NCBI GenBank assembly: GCA_019113825.1 | Contig: DXGR01000092.1 | Span: 7,978 to 71,977 of the forward strand | Source: Candidatus Stackebrandtia excrementipullorum | Lineage (GTDB): Bacteria; Actinomycetota; Actinomycetes; Mycobacteriales; Micromonosporaceae | Reading direction: 5' to 3' | Length of the DNA: 64,000 nt | In this document: positions 29,418 to 37,928 of the stretch, one piece after another | How the letters are laid out: every line of letters begins with the position of its first letter | Numbering within the stretch: the first letter of the stretch is position 1 | Notes under the pieces: model-generated | Databases searched by the model: none | Seen by the model: only the letters and a program-made list of their open reading frames with translations | What the model was told of the DNA's origin: nothing | Translations under genes and position numbers: made by a program

Positions 29418-30422
29418 TTGATGAGATCCGTGCTTGTCGCCTTTGCCGCGCTGTTGCTGACCGTGGCGGTGGCCGTGCCCGTCACACAAGCCGAGGAACC
29501 CGGCGGGGAGGACTGCGACCCCGCCGACACTCAGCCCGGGATCGCCACCCTCGGGTACCTGTCGTCCCAGATCGACAACGCTGCGGCCATCCACACCATC
29601 GCGTTGGAACGCGGGCTCCCCGAACGGGCGTCGCTCATCGCCATCACGGCGTCCATGGCCGATACCGGTTTGACGAGCCTCACCGCCGACGACGAGACCA
29701 CGGGAATAGGCGTTTTCGCCCAGGAACCGGCGCCCGACACCGGCGACGCGGAACAGTTGGCCGATCCGTACTTCGCCGCGGGCCGGTTCTTCGACCGCAT
29801 GGTGGACATCGACGATTGGCTCGACATGCCGCCCGCACAGGTCGCACGCGTCATGCAGGGCGCCGATCAGGGAACCGTTTACGCGCAGAACCAGGCAAGT
29901 GCCCGCGTCGTGGTAACAATGTTGCAAGGCAGTATCGACTGTCTTCCGGTCGTCTCGGCCGGCCGGTATCAACACCCGGTCCCCGGCGTCGCCGCCGGTG
30001 GCGGGTTCCGTACGCCCTCCGGTCCCGGACACGACGGTGTCGACTTCTCCACTTACCGCGGCACCCCGATTCACGCTGTAGCCGACGGCACGGTGGTGAC
30101 GGTGCTGTGCAACGCCCACACCGGTGACGGTGAGGCCTACTCGTGCGACATCGACGGCAGCCCCCAGGTTTACGGCTGCGGCTGGTATCTGGAGCTGCTG
30201 CACGCCGACGGCTCCGTCACCCGCTACTGCCACTTCGAGGCCGAACCGCCGGTGAAGGTCGGCGAGCGGGTCTCGGCCGGGCAGGTCATCGGCCACATGG
30301 GGTCGTCCGGCAACTCCTCGGGCCCCCATCTGCACTTCGAAACCCACGTGGCCTATCCCGCGTGGCCTGAAACGGCCATGGACCCGAAGGTGTACCTCGC
30401 CAAGCGCGGCGTCACCATGTAA
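29418..30422 (+). CDS. Secreted M23 metallopeptidase with N-terminal lysozyme-like domain
   Basis: Signal peptide; HDGVD and HLH zinc motifs; upstream domain of the ..NA..I...A....LP.RA..IA type. Confidence 0.9.
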   Translation: MMRSVLVAFAALLLTVAVAVPVTQAEEPGGEDCDPADTQPGIATLGYLSSQIDNAAAIHTIALERGLPERASLIAITASMADTGLTSLTADDETTGIGVFAQEPAPDTGDAEQLADPYFAAGRFFDRMVDIDDWLDMPPAQVARVMQGADQGTVYAQNQASARVVVTMLQGSIDCLPVVSAGRYQHPVPGVAAGGGFRTPSGPGHDGVDFSTYRGTPIHAVADGTVVTVLCNAHTGDGEAYSCDIDGSPQVYGCGWYLELLHADGSVTRYCHFEAEPPVKVGERVSAGQVIGHMGSSGNSSGPHLHFETHVAYPAWPETAMDPKVYLAKRGVTM

Positions 30423-31139
30423 CGGTTGCCACATGTCGGCTATCCATCGGGGTCATGATGGTGTCGTGGACGGGGCGGTCCGCTCACCGTGGTCGCACCC
30501 GCCGGGCAATGTCGGCGGTGAGAACGGCTCGAACCACAACGAGTACGGCCGCTTCATCGTGGGAGCCGGTGAATTCAGGAACCGATGAGCAGCCGGCCGA
30601 GTTGCGCCGCATCGGCGCGTCCGCAACGCGGGCGGGCTCCTGATCAACAGACCGCGGCCGACCGACGCCACTTCTTTCGCCCGGACCGCGATCACCTCGC
30701 GGAGCATCGATCGGTCGGCGCGTTCACGCGGGCTCCGTTTGGAAGGATCGGCCTATGGCAGCGGCCGTGAAGTTCACCTCCAGGGCGACGGCCCCGGACC
30801 TCACGGGGCGCCGTCGTGGCCCGCGGGCCGCGCCTTGAACGACGGTCACGGCGCCGCCCGCGCGCTTATCCGGGTTCACACGACGCACAGATTTCAACGC
30901 CGGGTGTCGGTTGTTCACAGTCGCTCAAATGCCCGCCGACCGAGACTGAAGCCGCTTCACGGTTCTTCGCGTTGTGCAAGGCCGTCGCACCAAAGACGAC
31001 GACGTCGTGGAAGGCCACGGCTCGATCGAGTTGTTCGGCGGCGGCAGCGGCGGCGAGGCGAGTGCCGCCTCGCGGCGCAGGCGTAGGGTCCGGCACCGCG
31101 GCGTCGTGTATTGCCACCTGCCGGACCATACGATCGGGT

Positions 31140-31970
31140 TTAGTCGAAGCGATCCCGGTTGACGAACCGGGCCACGCCCCGCCACGACTGCGGACCCATG
31201 ACTCCGTCCACCGGACCGGTGTAACCGTGGTGTGAAGCCAGCCTTTGCAAAGCGGAATAGGTGTTCGGGCCGGGTACTCCGTCCACCGGACCGGTGTAAC
31301 CGTGGTGGGAGGCCAGGTAACGCTGCATCCCCGCATAAGTGTTCGGGCCGGGCACTCCGTCGACGGGCCCGGTGTAACCGGCGTCGATGCGCACCCAGTT
31401 CTGAACACGCATCCAGAAGATCGGTCCGGGAACACCGTCCTGCTCGGTGGCGGTCTTGGGCAGGCCGCCACCACCACCGCCATCGAGATACACCAGCGGA
31501 TTGATGCGAACACCAGCCGGGTTGATCATGTGCCAGTGGAGATGGGGGCCGGTCGAGTTACCGGAACCGGGTGCGCCTTTGGCACCACCGGACAGGCCGA
31601 CGTTGTCGCCCGCCGACACACGGGTGCCGTTGCCGAGGACGAACTGCGACAGGTGCATGTACTGCGTGCGATACCCGTTGGGATGCGCGATGGTCACGGT
31701 GTGGCCACCGGTTCCGAGCTCGGGGGTGTTGGTGACCGTGCCGCCACCGCATGCGGGAAGGTTGGTGCCGACGGACAGTGGATAGTCGATACCTCCCAAA
31801 GAGCCGCGGGCGATGTGCTCGGCCCAGCCGGAGGAGATGGGATAGCCGGAAAAGGGGTTGTAGAAATCCGATGCGGCTGCGGTGGTGGGAAGGGCCGCGC
31901 CAACGACTCCGGCACCGATGACGGCTGCGGAGCCGCGGAGAAGACGGCGCCGCGAAAACGATCGAGACAT
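31140..31970 (-). CDS. Tat-exported M23 peptidase with three C-terminal peptidoglycan-binding repeats
   Basis: SRRRLL Tat motif, GGIDY, YMHL, GPHLHWH, three GYTGPVDGVxGP repeats; AGGAG RBS. Confidence 0.9.
   Translation of the reverse strand: MSRSFSRRRLLRGSAAVIGAGVVGAALPTTAAASDFYNPFSGYPISSGWAEHIARGSLGGIDYPLSVGTNLPACGGGTVTNTPELGTGGHTVTIAHPNGYRTQYMHLSQFVLGNGTRVSAGDNVGLSGGAKGAPGSGNSTGPHLHWHMINPAGVRINPLVYLDGGGGGGLPKTATEQDGVPGPIFWMRVQNWVRIDAGYTGPVDGVPGPNTYAGMQRYLASHHGYTGPVDGVPGPNTYSALQRLASHHGYTGPVDGVMGPQSWRGVARFVNRDRFD
31201..31380. repeat. Three intragenic repeats (periods 75 and 78 bp) encoding the PG-binding units
   Basis: actccgtccaccggaccggtgtaaccgtggtg identical at 31201 and 31276, variant at 31354. 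Confidence 0.9.
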
Positions 31971-32103
31971 GAGGTTCTCCTTAGTGGGCATGCCGGGTGG
32001 ACGTTCCCGGCCCGGGGGTCGTGTAAGCCATCGGGGACGACGGGTCACACCGCATCCAATATCCCACCGCGCACGCCACCGCTCAATCGCCGCGCCACTG
32101 TGT

Positions 32104-32140
32104 TTCGGAGTGTTCACCCGTGACGGGTGAACACTCCGAA
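32104..32140 (-). terminator. Hairpin after cbs
   Basis: Perfect 17-bp stem ttcggagtgttcacccg / cgggtgaacactccgaa. Confidence 0.8.
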
Positions 32141-32143
32141 TCC

Positions 32144-33508
32144 CTAGCGTCCCTGAAGGTAGGACAGAAGGTCCTGCCGCGTGACGATGCCGACGGGTTT
32201 ACCGTCGACCAGGACGACGGCCGCGTCGTCCTTGGCGAGCAGCTCCACGGCCCGGGAGACCGGTTCACCTCCACCGATCATCGGGAGGGCCGGCCCGACG
32301 TGACGCTCCACCGGTTCGTGCAGTGCCGCCGCCCCGGTGAACAGGGCGTCCAGAAGGTCGCGTTCGGCGACGGCTCCGGCGATCTCACCGGTGACGACCG
32401 GCGGTTCGGCCTTGAGGACGGGCATCTGTGAGACGCCGTACTCACGGAGGATGCCGATCGCGTCCCGGACGGTGTCGTTGGGGTGAACGTGAACGAATTC
32501 GGGCAGGTTGCCGGTCTTTCCGGCCAGTACCTGGGCGACCGTCGTGTCGACGTCGCCCTCCTTCATGAAGCCGTATTCGGTGAGCCATTCCTCATTGAAG
32601 ATCTTCGACAGGTACCCGCGTCCACCGTCGGGCAGCAGCACGACGACGACGTCGTCCGGGCCGGCCTTCCGTGCCACCTCCAGCGCGGCGACCACGGCCA
32701 TTCCACAGGAACCGCCGACGAGGAGCCCCTCCTCTTCGGCCAGACGACGGGTCATGGCGAATGACGCGGCGTCGGTGACCTCGACGATTTCGTCGCAGAT
32801 TTCACGGTCGTAGTTGTCGGGCCAGAAGTCTTCGCCGACACCTTCCACCAGGTAGGGGCGGCCGGTTCCTCCCGAGTACACCGAACCCTCGGGGTCGGCG
32901 CCGATCACCTTGACCGGTCCCTGGTCCTTCAGGTAGCGACCGGTGCCCGAGATCGTTCCGCCGGTACCGACGCCGGCCACGAAGTGGGTGATTTTTCCTT
33001 CGGTCTGATCCCACAACTCGGGGCCGGTGGTCTCGTAGTGCGAACGCGGGTTGGCCGGGTTGGAGTACTGGTCCGGTTTCCAGGCTCCGGGGATCTCATC
33101 CACCAGCCGATCGGACACCTTGTAGTAGGACCGCGGGTCCTCCGGTGCCACGGCGGTCGGGCACACCACCACCTGAGCTCCGTACGCCTTCAGTACGTTG
33201 CGCTTGTCTTCGGAGACCTTGTCCGGGCATACGAAGACGCAGCGGTAGCCCTTCTGCTGCGCAACCATGGCCAGCCCGACACCGGTGTTACCACTGGTCG
33301 GCTCCACAATGGTGCCTCCGGGCTTCAAGAGCCCGGCCGCTTCGGCGTCCTCGATCATGCGGGTGGCGATGCGGTCCTTGACGCTGCCACCGGGGTTGAC
33401 ATATTCGACCTTGGCCAATACCAGGGCGTCGATGCCCTCGGTGACCTTGTTCAGCTTCACCAGCGGGGTGTCACCGATCAGGTCGACTACTGAATTGACG
33501 TAACGCAT
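32144..33508 (-). CDS. cbs: Cystathionine beta-synthase with C-terminal CBS domains
   Basis: NPGGSVKDR PLP Lys, EPTSGNTG, GVGTGGT, EGVGED, GGSCG, CBS pair. Confidence 0.96.
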   Translation of the reverse strand: MRYVNSVVDLIGDTPLVKLNKVTEGIDALVLAKVEYVNPGGSVKDRIATRMIEDAEAAGLLKPGGTIVEPTSGNTGVGLAMVAQQKGYRCVFVCPDKVSEDKRNVLKAYGAQVVVCPTAVAPEDPRSYYKVSDRLVDEIPGAWKPDQYSNPANPRSHYETTGPELWDQTEGKITHFVAGVGTGGTISGTGRYLKDQGPVKVIGADPEGSVYSGGTGRPYLVEGVGEDFWPDNYDREICDEIVEVTDAASFAMTRRLAEEEGLLVGGSCGMAVVAALEVARKAGPDDVVVVLLPDGGRGYLSKIFNEEWLTEYGFMKEGDVDTTVAQVLAGKTGNLPEFVHVHPNDTVRDAIGILREYGVSQMPVLKAEPPVVTGEIAGAVAERDLLDALFTGAAALHEPVERHVGPALPMIGGGEPVSRAVELLAKDDAAVVLVDGKPVGIVTRQDLLSYLQGR

Positions 33509-33616
33509 GAGGGTGAGCTTAGATCCCTCGCCGGTTTAACCACCGTTCAGGCAGCCGACACCAGGCGTGCAACCGGCGCACGAAAGGCGGCACCGCGAGT
33601 TCCACAGCACCGGAAG

Positions 33617-33633
33617 TTACCGGTAAGTATGCT
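33617..33633 (+). promoter_or_regulatory. Palindrome plus -10 element of a leaderless thiolase gene
   Basis: TTACCGGTAA (33617-33626); TATGCT (33628-33633) ends 7 nt before the ATG. Confidence 0.5.
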
Positions 33634-33640
33634 CCACCAC

Positions 33641-34885
33641 ATGACTGAAGCCGTGATAGTCGCGACCGCCCGCACCCCCATCGGACGTGCCGGCAAGGGG
33701 TCGCTCAAGGACATGCGACCGGACGATCTGGCGGCCACCGCGATCACGGCCGCTCTCGCCAAGGTTCCGCAGCTGGCGGCCGACCACATCGACGATCTCT
33801 ATCTCGGTTGTGGCCTGCCCGGCGGGGAGGCGGGGTTCAACATGGGGCGCGTGGTCGCCGTCATGATGGGCCACGACCGGCTCCCGGCGGCCACGTTGAC
33901 CCGGTACTGCGCATCGTCGCTACAGACGACACGCATGGCCGCTCACGCGATCAAGGCGGGCGAAGGGGACGTCTTCATCTCGGCCGGCGTGGAGGTCGTC
34001 TCCCGGTACGCGCGCGGCAGTTCCGACGGCCTGCCGCCCGAAGCACAGGAACTGGTCGGCGGTGGGTGGCAGAACCCCGCCTTCGACGACGCACGGGCAC
34101 GCACCGCGCGACAGGCATCCGAGGGCGCCACCGACTGGAGTGACCCACGCGAATCGGGCGAGATGCCCGACATCTACCTCGCCATGGGGCAGACCGCCGA
34201 GAACCTGGCGCGGCTGCGCGGCATCACCCGTGAAGAGATGGACGAGTTCGGTGTCCGCTCTCAGAACCTGGCGGAGAAGGCCATCGCGGACGGCTTCTGG
34301 GCCGACGAGATCACACCGGTCACGCTTCCCGACGGCACCGTCGTCGATGCCGATGACGGCCCCCGCCCGGGTGTGACCATGGAGGGCGTCGCCGGATTGA
34401 AACCGGTGTTCCGCGAGAACGGTTTGATCACCGCCGGAAACTGTTGCCCTCTCAACGACGGCGCGGCCGCGGTGATCGTGACCAGCGACACCAAAGCCGC
34501 CGAGCTGGGCCTGACGCCGCTGGCCCGGATCGTGTCGACCGGTGTCACCGCCATGTCGCCGGAGATCATGGGTATCGGCCCCGTGGAGGCCTCTCGACAG
34601 GCTCTGCACAGGGCGGGACTCACCATCGACGACATGGACCTCGTCGAGATCAACGAGGCCTTCGCAGCACAGGTCATACCGTCCTATCAGGATTTGGGTG
34701 TGCCGCTGGAGAAACTCAACGTGCACGGCGGGTCCATCGCGGTCGGACATCCCTTCGGCATGACCGGAGCACGGATCACCGGCACGCTGTTGAACGGGCT
34801 CCGACGCACCGGAGGTCGGTACGGCCTGGAGACGATGTGCGTCGGTGGTGGCCAGGGCATGGCCATGATCATCGAGCGCCTGTAA
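33641..34885 (+). CDS. Acetyl-CoA C-acyltransferase (thiolase)
   Basis: RYCASS catalytic Cys, NEAFA, GHPFG.TG, MCVGGGQG. Confidence 0.96.
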   Translation: MTEAVIVATARTPIGRAGKGSLKDMRPDDLAATAITAALAKVPQLAADHIDDLYLGCGLPGGEAGFNMGRVVAVMMGHDRLPAATLTRYCASSLQTTRMAAHAIKAGEGDVFISAGVEVVSRYARGSSDGLPPEAQELVGGGWQNPAFDDARARTARQASEGATDWSDPRESGEMPDIYLAMGQTAENLARLRGITREEMDEFGVRSQNLAEKAIADGFWADEITPVTLPDGTVVDADDGPRPGVTMEGVAGLKPVFRENGLITAGNCCPLNDGAAAVIVTSDTKAAELGLTPLARIVSTGVTAMSPEIMGIGPVEASRQALHRAGLTIDDMDLVEINEAFAAQVIPSYQDLGVPLEKLNVHGGSIAVGHPFGMTGARITGTLLNGLRRTGGRYGLETMCVGGGQGMAMIIERL

Positions 34886-34890
34886 CACCG

Positions 34891-34928
34891 TCGGGCGAGT
34901 CACCACCTCGCGATGGTGACTCGCCCGA
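34891..34928 (+). terminator. Hairpin after thiolase
   Basis: Perfect 15-bp stem tcgggcgagtcacca / tggtgactcgcccga. Confidence 0.8.
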
Positions 34929-34975
34929 TGTCGTTTCCTCTCGCGTGTGACCGATCCGGCGGGTCCTCCACGGAA

Positions 34976-35019
34976 TTGTCCACAGGCGCGGGTTGTCCAC
35001 AGGGCGGGCTCGGTCCACA
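34976..35019 (+). promoter_or_regulatory. DnaA-box cluster
   Basis: TTGTCCACA at 34976 and 34993 (perfect actinomycete consensus) and CGGTCCACA at 35011. Confidence 0.6.
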
Positions 35020-35122
35020 GCCGGTAGCGCCGCTTCAGGTTGCGTTCAGCCGAGACCTGTTACGTTCAAGCCATGGGGTGGAGGATGGCGGCCCCCACGC
35101 CGACGACACCGTTTGCAGCCCC

Positions 35123-36409
35123 TCAGACAGCCTGCAACGCCTCGGAGGAGATCTCCGATACGGATGTGTAGCCCGCCAGCCCCATGGTCAGATCCAGTTC
35201 CGCCACGAGGTTTCGCATCACCGCGGCAGCTCCTTGCGCACCGGCGAGGGTGAGACCGTACACCCATGGTCGCCCGACCCCCACCGCCGAGGCGCCCAGC
35301 GCAAGCGCTTTGAACGCGTCCGCCCCGCCGCGGACACCGCTGTCGAACAACACCGGTACCCGCCCGTCCACGGCTCGCGTGACGGCCGGGAGTGCGTCGA
35401 GGGCACCGATCGCTCCGTCGATCTGTCGGCCGCCGTGGTTGGAGACCATGACCGCGTCGACACCGTGATCGAGGGCCGAACGCGCATCGTCGGGGTGCTG
35501 AATCCCTTTGAGCACTATGGGCAGATCGGTGTGGTCGCGCAGAAACGCCAGGTCCCGCCATGTCAGTGACGAACGCGAAAAGACGTCGAGGAACGTCTCG
35601 ACGGCCGCTCGCGGTAGCGGTGATCGGAGGTTGTCCAGCAACCGACCGGGGTATTCACGGCTCATGGACGCCAGAGTCGCCAACGCGGCCGGGGTCGGTG
35701 CGGGACGTTTACCGCCGGATTTCGCGGCCGCTCGTTTGCGCACCAGGTCCAGGAAAACGGGATCGCTTGTGTACTGGGCGATGCCTTGGCCGCGGGCGAA
35801 CGGCAGGTACGCCTCGTCAAGGTCACGGGGACGCCAACCCAGCATGTGGGTGTCCAGCGTGACGACGATCGCGGTGGCTCCGGCGGCTTCGGCACGTGAG
35901 ACGAGGCTGGCGACGAGGTCGTCGTTGCTGCTCCAGTACAGCTGGAACCAATGTTGACCGTCGCCGATCTCGGTGGCGATGCGTTCCATGGGCAGTGACG
36001 CCTGGTTGGAAACCATCATGGGCACGGCCAGATCCCGGGCCGCCTGCGCTACGGCCACATCGGCCAGCGGGTGCACGAGTTCCAGGACACCGATCGGGCT
36101 GAGAAGAAACGGGGTCGGGAGCCGCCTGCCCAGCAGCTCGATCGACAGGTCTCGGGTCGCGACGTCCCGCAACATGCGCGGCACGATCTTCCATCGCCCG
36201 AAGGCGACTCGGTTGTCCCGCGCGGTGGTCTCCATTCCCGCTGAACCGACGACGTAGGCGGCCGCGCGACGGGACATCTTGCGGGTGGCGGCCGCGGCCA
36301 GTCTCGCTGGAGAGACCGGAATGATCGGCGCTCGGCCGATGGCGCCATTGCGGTAGACGTCCGATTGAACCCGTCTGCCGTAACCTTCCGCCGGAGGACT
36401 CTGAGCCAT
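35123..36409 (-). CDS. FMN-dependent alpha-hydroxy-acid oxidase (lactate 2-monooxygenase-like)
   Basis: PIGVL, WFQLYW, VTLDT..LGWRPRDL, VLKGI, SNHGGRQ, DSGVRGGAD. Confidence 0.93.
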   Translation of the reverse strand: MAQSPPAEGYGRRVQSDVYRNGAIGRAPIIPVSPARLAAAATRKMSRRAAAYVVGSAGMETTARDNRVAFGRWKIVPRMLRDVATRDLSIELLGRRLPTPFLLSPIGVLELVHPLADVAVAQAARDLAVPMMVSNQASLPMERIATEIGDGQHWFQLYWSSNDDLVASLVSRAEAAGATAIVVTLDTHMLGWRPRDLDEAYLPFARGQGIAQYTSDPVFLDLVRKRAAAKSGGKRPAPTPAALATLASMSREYPGRLLDNLRSPLPRAAVETFLDVFSRSSLTWRDLAFLRDHTDLPIVLKGIQHPDDARSALDHGVDAVMVSNHGGRQIDGAIGALDALPAVTRAVDGRVPVLFDSGVRGGADAFKALALGASAVGVGRPWVYGLTLAGAQGAAAVMRNLVAELDLTMGLAGYTSVSEISSEALQAV

Positions 36410-36708
36410 CACGCACCATCCTGTTTCGTCGGTTGACGGCAGTCTATGACCATCGATCACGCCCCGCTGGACCGTTCGGGCATGCAAACGACTTCACAGG
36501 GCGCCCGTGCACGACGGTCGCGAGCTTCGCCGACTTCAACCGAAACGGGTTGCGGGAAGGTGTTCGGGGCATCCGCCCACATCGGCCTTCACGGGCATCG
36601 AGACATCCCACGACACACTCACAGTGATGAACCGATGCGTTGGCGTGCAGAAGATCGGACAAATTCCATGAAGTTTCCACAAATATTACCGGCCGGTTAC
36701 CCGTGGCA

Positions 36709-36738
36709 TTGACAGGTGTCGCCGATCACTTCGATGAT
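36709..36738 (+). promoter_or_regulatory. Putative promoter of the nuclease pair
   Basis: TTGACA-N18-GATGAT. Confidence 0.45.
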
Positions 36739-36786
36739 GAGAAAACGTCGCGACCCCCGCGACGTCTACACCCTTCGGAGACGGCA

Positions 36787-37818
36787 ATGCCACGACTTCG
36801 TTCCCCCATCACCATCGCGGTGGCGGCCGGCCTGGCCGGAACGGCTTCCCTGATCGGTTTTTCGGCCAACCCGGCATCGGCCGAGACCGTCACGGTTCCG
36901 CTCCACACCATGGTGGCCGACCTTCCGGTGGCCGACGAACAACGCGACGGATACGACCGTGACCTGTTCAAGCATTGGATCGACGAGGACGGTGACGGCT
37001 GCAACACCCGCTACGAGGTGCTGATCGAGGAGGCCGTAACCGCCCCCACCGTCGACGACGACTGCAAATTGACCGGCGGCGAATGGTACTCCTATTTCGA
37101 CGACAAGACCGTCGATTCACCCTCGGGTATCGGCATCGACCACTTCATCCCGTTGGCCGAGGCGTGGGACTCCGGTGCTCACTCGTGGACCGACGACAAA
37201 CGTCGCGACTTCGCCAACGACCTCGGTGACGAGCGGGCGCTGGTGGGTGTGACCACGAGCTCCAACTCGTCGAAGGGCGACCGAGACCCCGCCGAGTGGA
37301 TGCCGCCCAACCCGGACGCGACCTGTCGGTACGTCACCGAGTGGGTCGCCGTCAAGACCCGTTGGGGCTTGACGGTCGACGACACCGAGAAGGCGGCGTT
37401 GACCGACCTGGCGGGCGACTGTCCCAACGAAGACATCACCGTCGATGTCGTTGACGGGGCGTCTACTCCTCCGGGGGACTCGTGCGCAGCCGTGAATGCG
37501 ACAGCGGTCGACATTCCCGACACGAAGATCGCCACGAGCGTGGTTACGGTGTCGGACTGTTCGGGCAACGCATCGGCCACGAGCACGGTGACCGTGGAGA
37601 TCACACACCCGGATCGCGGCGACGTGTCGGTCTGGCTTTACGCACCGGACGGGACGCATTACGTCCTGAAGCCCGCAGGCGGGTCGGGCGCAGACCTTCG
37701 GGCCGAGTACGAGGTGGACCTGTCCGACGAGACCGCCGTCGGCGATTGGACACTGTCGGTAAAGGACTACTCCTACGGCGAGTCGGGAAGCCTCGACTCC
37801 TGGAGCATCCAACTGTGA
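36787..37818 (+). CDS. Secreted DUF1524/HNH-type nuclease with C-terminal proprotein-convertase P-domain
   Basis: Signal peptide ending PASA; GYDRDLFKHWIDEDGDGCNTR, IDHFIPLAEAW, N.SKGDRDPAEW; C-terminal V.V.ITHPDRGD...L..P.G..W.L.V.D...G.SGSLDSWSI. Confidence 0.88.
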   Translation: MPRLRSPITIAVAAGLAGTASLIGFSANPASAETVTVPLHTMVADLPVADEQRDGYDRDLFKHWIDEDGDGCNTRYEVLIEEAVTAPTVDDDCKLTGGEWYSYFDDKTVDSPSGIGIDHFIPLAEAWDSGAHSWTDDKRRDFANDLGDERALVGVTTSSNSSKGDRDPAEWMPPNPDATCRYVTEWVAVKTRWGLTVDDTEKAALTDLAGDCPNEDITVDVVDGASTPPGDSCAAVNATAVDIPDTKIATSVVTVSDCSGNASATSTVTVEITHPDRGDVSVWLYAPDGTHYVLKPAGGSGADLRAEYEVDLSDETAVGDWTLSVKDYSYGESGSLDSWSIQL

Positions 37819-37825
37819 GGGTCGT

Positions 37826-37854
37826 CCCGGTGGCCGGAGCTGCCGGTCGCCGGG
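37826..37854 (+). terminator. Hairpin between the two nuclease genes
   Basis: cccggtggccgg / ccggtcgccggg stem including G-U pairs. Confidence 0.5.
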
Positions 37855-37928
37855 GCACCGAGCTCTTGTTCACGTGGGCCGGTGTGGCATGGTCGTGTAC
37901 CACCCCCCTAAGCCCCTGAGAGACCACA

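Noticed and set aside
29418-30422. Conjugative element (ICE/AICE) suggested by the lysozyme-like + M23 protein
   Set aside because: No integrase, relaxase, FtsK/TraB, VirB4 or att repeats in the window.
30423-31139. Possible small genes or an immunity gene between the convergent M23 genes (e.g. 30433-30594 +, 30453-30707 -)
   Set aside because: No recognisable motif, signal peptide or convincing RBS; left unannotated.
30866-31513. 215-aa minus-strand ORF with repeated TVTPVRWTE units
   Set aside because: Alternative-frame reading of the PG-binding repeats of the 31140-31970 gene.
31971-32103. Possible c-di-AMP (ydaO) riboswitch upstream of the Tat M23 gene
   Set aside because: The conserved ydaO segments were not found; the only strong structure is the cbs terminator.
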